Of a stretch of DNA of 64,000 nucleotides, positions 48,881 to 62,140 are shown piece after piece. The position numbers and the translations under genes were made by a program. Source of the DNA: Blastocystis sp. Blastoise (lineage: Eukaryota > Protista > Bigyra: Opalinata); the NCBI GenBank assembly GCA_039096225.1, contig JBBPEB010000014.1, positions 1,054,001 through 1,118,000 of the forward strand, in the 5' to 3' direction. Position 1 is the first letter of the stretch. The number at the start of each line of letters is the position of its first letter. Below the pieces are notes generated by a model. The model was not told where the DNA came from. It worked only from the letters and a program-made list of their open reading frames with translations, and did not search any database.

Positions 48881-48925
48881 TTTGACAATTCTTTTTGGAT
48901 AATATTTATTTTTACTATATAAGTA

Positions 48926-50035
48926 ATGGCTAAAGAAACTTCAAAGAAACAGAAGGCTCCTTCTGATGGAAAGTGTTGGTCTTGTTGTCTGAATACTTTT
49001 TTCGTTCCCATTTTCTTGACAATCATTGGTACAGCTGTTTTTACTTTTTGTTGGGGTAGTTTCCATGAGTTAAATATCAATAGTGCCTTTTATGTATACC
49101 TTTACATCCTTGCTGGAGTTATTGGAATCGCTTTAATCGTTATGCTTTTTGTAACTTGTTTTATTCGTTGTTGCAAAAATCGTTCTTCCATTGCTTTCGC
49201 TATCATTTTATCTACAATATCTATATTCGTTCTTAGCACTATCACCGGTGGTCTTTTCATAAGCTACACCTCCTTCAAAAATGTATTTTTTTTTTATTTA
49301 TTTATTTATTTTTATTATTCTATAATATTATCATTTTCTGTTAACATATATATTTTTTCCTTTAATAAATACATTTCTATAATTTATATTATTTAGAGAC
49401 CTGAAGAATTATCTGTTTACGATGCTATCATAGAAGATGTTCATAATTATACTACTACAAACCCTACCGAGTGGATTTCCTTCCAAGACTTACATAGTTG
49501 CTGTGGATTTGATTATTTAGAAGATGTTAAAACCGGTGAAATGTGTAAAAAACCTGAAAGTGAACAAGTCAATTGTTATACTCTTTTCCATGATGATTAT
49601 ACTTTTTATATCCTATTATTCTTCTTCGAATTCGCTTGTTTAGATATATTCCAAATTATATCACTCTTCTCTCTCATCATTAATCTTACTGTATATATTA
49701 CTATTGTGTTCTATTTATTATATTATTATATTTTATTTATTATGTATATTATTATATTATTTTTTATTTATTATATTATACTATATATTATTTTTTATTT
49801 ATATTATACAATATATTATTTTATTATTTTTTATTTATATTATACTATATATTATTTTATTATTTTTTATTTATTATATTATACTATATATTATTTATTA
49901 TTTATTATATTATACTATATAATTATATTTCACATCTGATTTCATTATTACTATCTATCATTTCCTTAGTGTAATTCCAATAAAAAGTCAAATGACAGTG
50001 ATGAAGTATCTACTCCTTTGATTGAAATCAATTAA
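48926..50035 (+). CDS. Tetraspanin-like four-TM protein
   Basis: Three N-terminal TM segments, large loop WISFQDLHSCCGFD...MC...VNCY (CCG motif), fourth TM and short tail. Two GT-AG introns. Confidence 0.8.
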
Positions 50036-50354
50036 GAAGCCTTAATACCTTTATAATATGCATTTTTTATTCTCGTTAGATTCTCATATAAATTAAAATA
50101 ATTCTTATATAATTTTTTTCTGTTAATGAATACTTTTGTTTCATCATTCAATATATCTTCATATAAAGATTTACTGATAATATTTGGACGAATACTATTC
50201 ATTAAAAAAAATTATTTTATTCCATTTAAGAATAAATATGTTTTATACATTGATAATTAACTTATATCACATTCATTTCGTTTTTTTTACAAAACAACAC
50301 AAATAACAGGTAAATTCGCAATAAAACAGACTAATTTTCTTTTAAATCTAGTAA

Positions 50355-50362
50355 AACAAACA
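50355..50362 (-). promoter_or_regulatory. TGTTTGTT motif, Blastocystis-type polyadenylation-associated element
   Basis: Exact motif ~20 nt downstream of the stop of the 50382-52210 gene. Confidence 0.4.
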
Positions 50363-50381
50363 TATAGTGACTATGGCACAT

Positions 50382-52210
50382 TTAAGGGTTTTCTCGTAAT
50401 TCTTCTAAGGTTTCAAATGAAGTCAAAAGGTCCTTCAAATTATAATACTTTTCTTTCATATATTTGCTCTATATATATACAAATATTAGATTAATATAAA
50501 TATATATAGATTAATATAAAAAAATATAGATTAAAATAAATATATATAGATTAATATAAAAATATATAGATAATATAAATATATATAGATTAATATAAAT
50601 ATATATAGATTAATATAAAAATATATAGATTAATATAAATATATAGAGATTAATATATATATTTATATATACCTTTAAATCCTCTTGTTTGAATAAGTCA
50701 GATAAAGGAGTTATGTTTAATATATTCAACTCAAGGGTATTCTATATAAACAATTATACATATAATTACTTTATACATGACAATACAATAATTCTATATA
50801 TATATATATACGTTAGGATAGCAGCTAGGTAAAGACAATTTACATGTAAAAAGATTATGAAAGTTTATATCTAATATACAATTGTTAGTAACACTAATGG
50901 AGATACCAAATTGTTCTTCTAAATTTTGAATTTCTTCATGAATAATATCTAATTGAATGAAATAATAATTAATTTCACTTAATAAAATTCCTAATTGATC
51001 GGTATAAGCAACTGTTTCTAACAACATATTCAAATAATTATCATTAGGAACAATCTATATATATATATGTATATATATATAAGGAAATATTGATCTAATA
51101 AGAGTATGAATAAAGAATAAATAAATAAATAAAAATATATATATATATAATACTTTAATAGAACTAGCAGCATGTCCATCTTTATCATATTTTACAGTAA
51201 GAGTGTATCTATATATATAATAGTGATAATAATAAGTATAATAATAATAATAATAATCAATTTAATAATCATCATATTCATAATAATAATAATCATAATA
51301 TAAAATATCAATCATAATATATAGTAATACATAAATAATAAAAATATACCCATTTTCCCAAAAGAATTTCATATCTCCTCCAGCCACTTGAATGTCCTTA
51401 AACTTATATAATTTCTTAAAAATACTAATAATTTCGTTATTCCATTTATATTTATTTCGATCTATTTCATCTTTAGATTCCACGGGTAGTTCTCCTTTCT
51501 TTAGTTTTTTAACATCTTTAAACACAATATCTCTTAATGATTTGACTTGAGCATCAAGTTCTTTTAATTGATTGTCTAATGCTATCTTTTCACCACTAAT
51601 ATTTGTTATCTCTCTTGTCTATATATATATATATATATATTTAAAATTCATTATATATGACAAAAAATTCATCATAAATATAACAATTATTAATTAAGAA
51701 AAATTAAATTATATATACATGTTTTGCAATTAAATCTTGAGCAGTTGTGGATGTTAATAAAGTAGAATCAGGCTTCTCTTCTAAACATATTTGATCCACT
51801 TCTTTCTTCAAACATTCACAAGTACCTGTCAGTGTAGCAATACGATTATCATAATCACTTACTTCTAATTGAAGCTTATCAATACTCGCTTTCAACTCCT
51901 CATTACTAATAAGATCTATATCAAAGAAAAATAAATATTCCAATATATAATACATATAAATACCTTTTTCAGCTTTATCCAAAAGCTTTTTCTTGATTTG
52001 TTCAATTTTTTGAGCTTTGTAATACAATTGTTCAGTTTCCAAATGAATGCTATCTAAGCGATCACTTATATTTGGAATCTTCTCAAAAATAGGTTTGTAG
52101 TAACCATTATTAATTCCTGTTATAATAGAACTTAAATAGCTATATTTTGTATTTCAAATAGTGTTGAATCGACAAATATACGTTTCTATATATTGAGTTT
52201 GCGCACTCAT
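50382..52210 (-). CDS. Coiled-coil protein with probable C-terminal RWD-like domains
   Basis: In-phase exons MSAQTQ...ELKASIDKLQLEVSDYDNRIATL...LFTCKLSLPSCYPN...LRENP*. The LP-x-x-YP motif is typical of RWD/UBC folds. Confidence 0.65.
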
Positions 52211-54015
52211 CACTACTAATCCAAAAAATAACTAATTTTGAAATATTACTATTATTCCGGAAAAAATGATTTGTTTCACCCAAATTATCAAAATAGTCAA
52301 TATTTTATTAAATGATTTATTTCATATATATATTGATTGCTTCTCTACATTCTAATTATTTAATTGAGTCTAGAATATAGTTTACAAATTACAACAAATG
52401 AAATAAACATTTTTTTCTATAAATTATCTCGATTGTGTAAAGAAAGGTATTTCTTTAATGATTTGATGTTCGAAATATTGGTTGTATTTTTTTCATATTG
52501 TATTCAAATTAAATATTCCTACAAATAATTAGTAATAAGTATATGTATATTTTTGTATTAATCTTTACTTTATAGGAGTTACATTAATTAATTTGCATAC
52601 AACAGATAATATGTTATATTGATAAAATCATAAAGTTTCCAATTTTTGGAGTCACTTCTTTCAAAAATGGACAAATATTAATATGTCAAATATATTCAAT
52701 GATGCCAATAATATATTAGCATTCATATATTGTAGATAGTACATCAAGAACAAGCATAGGTCATTAGAAAAGTAGATATTAAACGAAATGTTTCCTATCG
52801 TGGTATCATTCAAGTAATAATGAATTATCATTTATATAATAATTTTTGTTAAACATTAATGAAATGAAATAATGTATCTTAAATGGTCTTATTGAATATT
52901 CAAGTCTATATAGAGTAGATATTAACTTTAATTATCATAAAAGTTCTTATTAATGAATTTATTTAGTCATAAAATAATAAAAGTCAGAATCAAGCAAGCA
53001 GTTACTTTGTTTTTGAGTATTCCTCATTATAGACTTCAATACTTTGCATAGTGCATTAAGAATAATATGATAAATAGTTTAAATAAGCAGTTACAATTAA
53101 AAAAAGTCAATTATCCAAAACAAATGTGAGCATTAATATAAATTAAAGCCAAAATAAAAAAGAGAATATGACTGTTGTCTTTTTAATTACTTTGTAAACA
53201 AACATAATTTAATAATTATGACCACTTGCTGAATGTAATTGTCCAATATCAGAAAAAAAAACTAGTATGTTAATAAAGTAGATTCTGTCAACAGAAAAAC
53301 AATAATACTGAAGTGAAATATCATTGCTATTTCACATTTGAATTAAAAATAGTTTGAAATTTTCATTTAAACAAATCAACCATACTTGCTATAATATAAA
53401 TATCCTGAAATATGCACAAAATATATATTTCCAGTAATTATAATATTAATCACTTAAAGTATAGAGAAATGTATAAAATAAACATATAAAAATTAACTTC
53501 ATTTTTATTTTGGGTTACTTTTATTTAGTATATTCCTTGTTGTTTATATTTATGAATCTATTATGGATATTTAATTTTATCTAGGCTTATTTGTTATAGA
53601 AAATGGGTTTAAACGGTTTTTCACACACATTATAGAGTGGATGAATGAATTATTATGTTCTATTTTGTTGAAATAATAAGTGTAAATTCCTAAAACTGTG
53701 AGAACAAGTGATTGAATGCATATATTGCGAATTCCATTACAAATAGAATCTGTTTGAACACTTTTTTTGTGATCTAAACATGATTTTATCAAGGGTATTA
53801 TATGTTCATTATTTAAAAACTCTATTGAAATAGCTATTAACGAATTAAAATAATACGGAAGAGTCACGGTTGATTACTTTTTTCTTGAAATGTTTATTGA
53901 AAAGCAACATTGAATAATAAAAAGTATGAATATGCATATTTCATTAAAAATCTCAATTAAAAAGCTAAATATATGAAATATAATTATTCAATCAAAGATA
54001 AATAAAATAAAATAT

Positions 54016-54088
54016 TGGAGAAGAGGGGCATCGATCCCCTTACCTCTCGCATGCTAAGCGAGCGCTCTACCATCTGAGCTACATCCCC
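54016..54088 (-). tRNA. trnA: tRNA-Ala (AGC), identical to the copy at 35399
   Basis: Exact reverse complement of 35399-35471. Confidence 0.97.
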
Positions 54089-54700
54089 ATTCATATTATT
54101 TATTTCTTAGCATGTCACTTGAGTAAGCATCTTTTATTTGATATGATCGTAATTACGTTATTTTTTTTATAATTGTTATACTCATATACATTTATTTTAC
54201 GTTTTCTTATATAAAACACTTTTTATTTTTTATCTTGAGATTTTAGTTGTGTATCTCAATGTAAAATTCTTTTTCAGTTTTTATAACTTTGTATAATTCC
54301 AAATTACACTATCACATGAGTGTAAAAAATTATACAACATCATATCATATTCCTTTACTGGCTTTTGAAGTCTCATAAATAATAACATCCGTTTCATTTC
54401 TCAATATTTGAATCTTATATTTATTTAAAGACACCATACATCACTTAGTTATCCCAAAAAACAAACTACAATATTGATTTAAAAAAGTACTTTATGTTTT
54501 CTAATTCTTGTTTTATATGTATATCTTATATACTACAATACTGGCACTTCGTTAATCATTTTTAATGATATATTTCGAATTCAGCAGTTATCATCGAAAA
54601 TTCTTTGGATACAGTCCTTTTCTGAAATTCTTTTTGGTGTCAACGGCACTTATTCTTCTTCTTTTTCTTCATTTCATATTTTTCTTTTTATTGAATAGTG

Positions 54701-54877
54701 ATGTGCCATCAAACTACATGTCAAAAATGCAATAAACCTACTTGGAGTGGTTGTGGGAATCATGTCGAGAGTGCATTAGGTGGTATTCCGGAAGATCAGA
54801 GATGTCATTGCAAACCATGGACACAATCTCTTGCTGATTCTAATCCTGATTGTAAAGGAAAGTGTTGTATTTTCTAA
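54701..54877 (+). CDS. 58-aa Cys/His-rich microprotein with C-terminal CaaX box
   Basis: MCHQTTCQKCNKPTWSGCGNHVESALGGIPEDQRCHCKPWTQSLADSNPDCKGKCCIF*. GC-rich island shorter than any ORF in the supplied track. Confidence 0.8.
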   Translation: MCHQTTCQKCNKPTWSGCGNHVESALGGIPEDQRCHCKPWTQSLADSNPDCKGKCCIF

Positions 54878-55275
54878 GTTAATCACTTCTACTTATAGAA
54901 GTCTCCGTGTAATTTATGTGATATAGTTTGATATATACTTTTAATTATTTAAATTCCTTTTCTTTTCATGAATCTATTTTTTTTTGCTATTTTTCAATTG
55001 GTTTGCTATTTTGTTTTGATAAACTACTTTTATTTGATTTCTCACTAATGTACATTTCTGTTTTTATAATAATTTATGCATAAACTAGTGCTCTATATTA
55101 TTATGATGGTAACTTAATTCACAATTTCTTTTTTTATAATAATATTTTCCACATAAGTTTTATCTCATGATTGACAATTATACTGAATCAAGATACCATA
55201 CTAACTTAATTCATATTGATCAGATTTTATCAAAAAGTGTTTTGTTTTATAAAAAAATTATTTGTTCGTAGTCAA

Positions 55276-56406
55276 ATGGGTTGTGAAAACGATTTCACTA
55301 AAACAATCAATAAGTAATAAATATTATATATGTGATTTGTAAATTATTATTATGTTTAGAATTATTGATGAGATTGATTCCGAAACTTCATATGATGAAT
55401 CCGATATCCAACACGATATTCAAGATTCATATACTGAGGACAATCAGAAACTATTTGCCAATATTTTATTTGAAAGGGTATGTATTCTACAATTTCATTT
55501 ATTAGTTTTATAGTGCTTTACTAATTGTTCAAAGATGAATAAATATTGTGAGTATATGTATCATATGATTGGAAATTGTAATTCACTTTTTGATGTGTGC
55601 ATGGAAGTTATTTCTAAGTGTATGATTATTCTCTATGATTTCATATATGTGTCTTTAGCATGCTGGTATCAAGTTTTTGATGCTTTAAACGATGTACTAA
55701 TAAGTTTAACACATTTCAAAACAATTGATGCATCTTTTGATATTACCTATTCGAATGTTCCATATTTAATTGCTTCTTTTTTATCCAAACAAGGAAGTGA
55801 TGAAGTGGAATTTGAAAGAATAAAATTGTCATTTCAAATAGTATATCCTATATTAAATTAATTAAAATTGTTAGATAAGTTATCTTTTTCAAATTGATTC
55901 ATTAAATCCTGATTATTTTGATATTCTCTCTGACATGATGTCACCTATAGTAATGTCGTATTATCTTCCTTATCTGTATTTATAAAACTATTAAAATTAA
56001 TATATATATATATATATTATCAAGTTATTATTATTCTGTAATAAATATTGTCTGTATAGAGATGACCATTGTGGTAATAATTTATGTTTTGAGGATATAC
56101 TTATATATGCAAATACATTTTTATACCCATTAATTGCTAATGATAATCCTTATACTTTTTATTCTCAACAAATTGTATATCTATTTATTTTATAAATAAA
56201 AGTAGTAATCTATATATTTTTTTTATATTCTTATTCTCTTACATAATTTAATAAAATTACTGTAATAATTAATATCTATCACTCTACTATATAGTATTCT
56301 ACACTATATCAGTATTTACAAGAGAATAAATCCTATATATATCAATCCTATATATATCATTTAAATGATATCACTTCTTTATATGAAGATGAAATTACAT
56401 CAGGAG

Positions 56407-56438
<32 letters not shown>

Positions 56439-59400
56439 GGATAATCATAATATCTATATTCATAACCTCATGGAAGATTGTATGATATATTTTATTATTA
56501 TAATATATAATTCTGTATTTATTTAGCGGATTCTTCACTTTATACTCCTTCTTCTTCATTTTCTTCTTCTTCTGTTATATCTAATAATAAGCAGGATTCA
56601 GTCGCATCTGAAATAACTCCTATCACTTCTATTCCAGTTTCTCAACCTTCGAAACCAATAGCTATAACAAATAATATTCATATACATGTGGAAGATACGG
56701 ATGATGGAAGAGATCTTATGTGTACGGAGAATAAGAATGATAATAAAGGGAATATGAAGATATCAAATAGTAATGACATAAATAATAGTGATGAAAATGA
56801 TAATCATAAAGATACTGATAATGATAATAATCATAAAAATACTGATAATAATGATAACAATAATAGTGATAATAATAATGATAACAATAATAGTGATAAT
56901 AATAATAATAAGGTAAATGACAATAATCTTGCTACTAAAGAGATAAAAACACATGCAGATAATTCTATTGGAAACTCATCAAGTAGTAAGAAAGAAATAA
57001 ATAACGAAATTCATTTTTCCTGTTCAGACATACCTATGGAAAATATTAATGTGAATTACTTTGAAGGTGGAGATAGAATGAGTGTAAATGAAGAAGAAAA
57101 GAATATAAATAGATCTGTGAAAAGGGATGAAATTACTATGGAAAAGGAATCTAAAGATAATATAAAGTCTATATTATTATTATCTTCTTCTGATATAGAT
57201 GATTCAAATGAAGATATCACATATAATAAAGGAAAAGAGAATAATATTGATATATCTTATAATAATACTATTCAAGGAATAGAAGGAAATGTATTCCCAG
57301 AGTATGTCTTTTCAAAACAAAAGTATGTATTTATTATTTTATATTATTGAATATATATATAGTTTAACAGATGATGAAGAATTCATAAAGATTGTTATTC
57401 GTATTTATTTATATTTATTATTTATATATTTATATCTATGCTGTACTTTTTAGGATATTATGAGGATATTTATACTGCTGAAGATTATATGCGTACACAT
57501 GATAATTTTAAATGTATGCTATATATATATATATATATAGCATATATATACTTCTTATTCATTATATTTAACAGATATATATATATTTATATATATATTA
57601 GAAGAATATTACTTATAGATATAGTATTAATACTTCTTTTATATCAATTCTATAGACTTAATATTAACTCCATTATCGATTTGGAATCAACTTTGTATGT
57701 TTATAACACGATTTAAAAAAGGCTCTAAAGATGTATATATATATATATACTATTTGATTGCTTATATCTGTATATTTTGTTATAATCATCTTATGAATCT
57801 TTTTCTTCTAGATTCAAGAGACCTCGACAACATTTATATGTATATTACATACCATAGACGCATATAACAATCAAGAGATTGTTACTAGCGTGTCACATAC
57901 AAATAATCAACTTGTGGCACAAATAGCAGCTGTAAAACATGTGAAAACTGTAGATATATTTATATATAGTATTATTTTGTTCAGTTTATTGCTATTGTTG
58001 TACTATTATATTTATATATATTAATTATTCCATATAACTTTATATCATTCTAGTTATTATCTATCCTGTATAAATGTATTCCTCCTTCTATTATCAACTC
58101 AAATAAGTATTTGTTTCTTCTTATATTGATTATTAGCTATAACTCATTTAATAATATAGAATATCTTTTTCTTTTTGATTTTAATTCTTATTTTTTATTA
58201 TCATAACAATTATTATTATTATTTTATAGACAATTACTTTCTATAAAACATACTTTGGAATCTACCTCTGTTGATATAGATACAGATATAAATAAAATAA
58301 ATACTAATAAATATTCTCAAACAGAAAATGAAAATACAATAAATCATGATAATCCTATAAAGAATTCTACTAGTGATATTCAAAATAGTGAAACCACAGA
58401 AATCTGTCCTAGTATATATATATATATATATATCTTTTATTGTCATTATCTTCTTTGTATTCCTTTAGAAAAGAAGATTCTCCAGAACCGTGGGAATCCG
58501 ACTCCCAAAGAGACGCATGCTGCTCATTCCTTATGGGATACTATTCACAGTGACCCATGTATTATTTCTATTCTATTCTCTTTTTCTATTTATTTAAGAC
58601 TCTATTATGGGTCAATTCATTTTATCTATATATACTTTTATTTTATTATTTTTACTTATTACATATTTATTTTTCTATACTTTTATTCTATTATTTTTCT
58701 TGTTACATTTTTCTATACTTACATTATTCTTTTCTTTTTCTTATTACATGTTTATATACTTGTATTTTATGCTGTTACTAATACCTTTTATAGACTTATT
58801 CTTCTTATGTATAACAGTATTATCTATATTAGTTATTTTCTATACTTATTTATTTCTATGCAACTTCTCTCAATACTTTTTCATCATTTTTCAATGATTA
58901 TAATTTATCTTTATTAAATATTATATTTAGTACCACAAACAGAATCAACTCCTAGTTCTATTTCAAAACAATATGATATGAAGTATATATACAATATGTA
59001 TATGTATATATAATGAATATATATATTCTGTAGTCTCTATATTTGGTGCATATCAAATTGTCCTTATATATCTACTTCTTCAATCGATATTATACTCACA
59101 GAATTACATGAAGAGACACAATCATTCATAAAATTAAAACTGAAAGAACTGAATAACCAAGAGAAGTATACATTCAATATATATATATATGCATAGATTG
59201 ATTATTATGAATAATTTAATTATGATTATTATATATGTATATAGGAATAAAAGGCTATCTTTTTTAAAGATTTTATTTCCTTCATTTCCTTCTTTTATTC
59301 TACAGCGTTGTCTCTCTCAATCTCCGTTATCTATGGATAAATGTATAAATAGTATCAAAGAATGGAATACACTATTTGTACTCTTTTTAAAAATGAAGTA

Positions 59401-59727
59401 TATATGTATATATTAATTATTATTATTTCAAAAAAATAAGATAAATTACTATATATATATAGAAAAAATTGTTATCATATATCAATAGGTATGCATTATT
59501 TTTTAAATATAATGTTATATATATATTTTTTTTATAGTTTCCTATTTACAAAACAAAACAAATTTTGCATATCCTTGGAAATGTATATATATATATATAT
59601 ATATACATTTGCTAATCATTATAGATGAAGAAATTGAAGAGATTGAACAATATATACAAGATTGCAAAGATATTTTTAATGTATATATATTATGTATTCT
59701 ATCTAAGCTATGTATCTATAGATATGA
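55276..59727 (+). CDS. Multi-exon hypothetical protein with Asn/Asp-rich linker and possible CUE-like domain(s)
   Basis: More than 15 GT-AG introns join in phase from MGCENDFTK. KRLSFLKILFPSFPSFILQRCLSQSPLSMDKCINSI has a CUE-like FP pattern. Confidence 0.6.
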
Positions 59728-60109
59728 ATATATATATGAATTTTGGTAAAGATAATAATAGATGAATATCTAATTCTAAATCATTTTTTGTTGTATTCAA
59801 TAATAATTAAGAATAAAGATACTATTAATGGCTGTTTTGTTAGGCTATGTTTTAGCTATTAGATATGTACTTTAAAGAAAAGGTTGATATATACTTTTTT
59901 TTGTGTTATCAATATAAAAAGTCGTATATTTCTATTCGATATATATATAAATATATATAAACATATGGATAAATAAGAAATAATTTTATTGTAAAACGAA
60001 ACAATTGAAATAACGATTATAATGCATTCCATAAGAAATATAACAGAATAACACGTTAGAAATTATTCTAACTGAATGAATTATTATAAGACTTGTTTTG
60101 ATAACAGCT

Positions 60110-62140
60110 TTATAAGTAACTCTTACCACACTTGGAAACTTCATTACAGGAGCATTCAACAGGGCAGGAGTATATTCCTCTTTTATTAAGTCTATCATTA
60201 GCAGCCTTATAGAGAGCTGTGAATTTATCACTATTAACATCTAAGGACTTATCATATCTCCAGAAAGTACCGGCAGCAGAAATAGTTCTAGGATAGATAA
60301 GAGAGAGCATGGATTCTTCAAATTGAGTATCATGCTCTCTATAATATAACTGCCAACCTACGGGTTTACCGCCACTATAGGCACCACATTGAGCAGCATA
60401 ACAATAATTATCAGTCCACATAGATACCTATATATATATATAATGTTATTGTATTATTAATAGTTATTTATTAATAATAATAAAAAAACAAAAAAAAAAA
60501 AACAAATAAAATAGTCCATGAATAAAAATAATAAAAAATAAAAAAACAAACAAATAAAATAAGTATATATATAGATACTTCTCCTCCAAAAAGAATGTTT
60601 TCGTTATTGAAGCACTTGGTAAGTTTAGAGACAGTAGCTAGATTCAACCACATTTCTTTATAAGAACGATTAACGTGATCGAGATAAAAGTGATGATTAC
60701 TATTCTCTATAGCATCATAACCAAGGGAAAGAATTTATATATATATATAAGGAGATAGATATAATGATTATAGGTTAATTAATAGAATAAATATATAATT
60801 CTATAAATAGAATAAAATAAATAGAATAGAATGAATATATTTCAGGGGATTGATGAGAAGTCCATCCATTGACAACTCCTTCTTTAATCATACTGTGTTT
60901 AATAAATAAGGATTCCTCCCAAGCAATCGGTCTCTTACCTAATTTATTATATACAAAGTCAAATATTTGTTTTTCAAAATCAGCAGCAGTTTGAACATTA
61001 CAAACACCAATGGTTTCAGTTTCATCACATCCTAAGTGAACGAAAGGTTCAGGGAAAAGAGAAAGAATCTCCTCTAATAAGGTTGATAATACTTTAAATG
61101 AACGACCTTCTTTATCACCATATAATTGTTTCTTTGAACTATCACAGAATTGCATTCCTACTTCGGCTAATGCTTTAAATCCCATACTATGTCCTATATA
61201 TATATTAATAATAATATTAATAATAATAATAATAATATATATATATATATATATATATACCCGGAATATCGATTTCAGGAATAACACGAACACCACGAAG
61301 ACGGGCATATTCAATAATATCTTTAATCTCTTCTTGAGTATAGAATCCATCATGATCTCCTACTAATAAAGATGTTAATTGAGGATAGATCTTCGACTCT
61401 ATAGCAACACGAGCCCAATCGGATAAATGGAAATGTAATACATTCAACTTATTATAAGGCATAGAATCAATCACCATTTTTATCTACAATATAAATAACA
61501 TTTAAAAAAGTAAAATAAATATAAATATAAATATAATAAATATAAATATAAATATAATAAATATAAATAAAAATAAAAATATAATAAATAAAATAACAAT
61601 ATAAATACAGTATGAACAGGGCTGAATCTTCTTCCTGTATCAATCATAATACCTCTATGATTATAAGTAGGTTCATCTTCTATTGATATATGATTATGTT
61701 CAAGTTTGCCTTCTTCAATTATTTCAGAAAGTGTTTCTAAACCATAAAGAGCACCATAAGGAGTCTTAGCAGAGATCTTACCGTTATCACCATCAATCTT
61801 GATTTCATAACTATAATCAGTATCATAACCTAAAGCAGCGTCGTCATTTTCAACTTCAATAACAATAGACTTAAGTCCATTATCTTCTTTACCTATACCA
61901 ATAAATTCAGAGTATCTAGTGATAGCAGAAACAACAACATCAGACTTAGATTCAGATTGAATAACAAATAATTTAGAAAGGTTGATAGCATCTCCTTCTT
62001 CAGTAATCTTCTTAGGAAGAGGCCAAATATTTGCAGCAGTACTTAGTCTAAATAATAGAAAAGAAATAGTTAGGCTCCTAGATATTCATGAAGTCTACAT
62101 ACACAACAAAAACACACAAGAAAACAGAAAATATTCTCAT
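60110..62140 (-). CDS. Beta-N-acetylhexosaminidase (GH20), secreted
   Basis: Signal peptide, IWPLPK, YGALYGLETL, RGIMIDTGRRF, KLNVLHFHLSD, GVRVIPEIDIPGH, catalytic VHLGCDE, GGEVSMWTD, IYPR. Confidence 0.95.

Noticed and set aside
52300-53900. Possible gene around ORF 53577-53867
   Set aside because: No consistent exon chain or recognisable motif.
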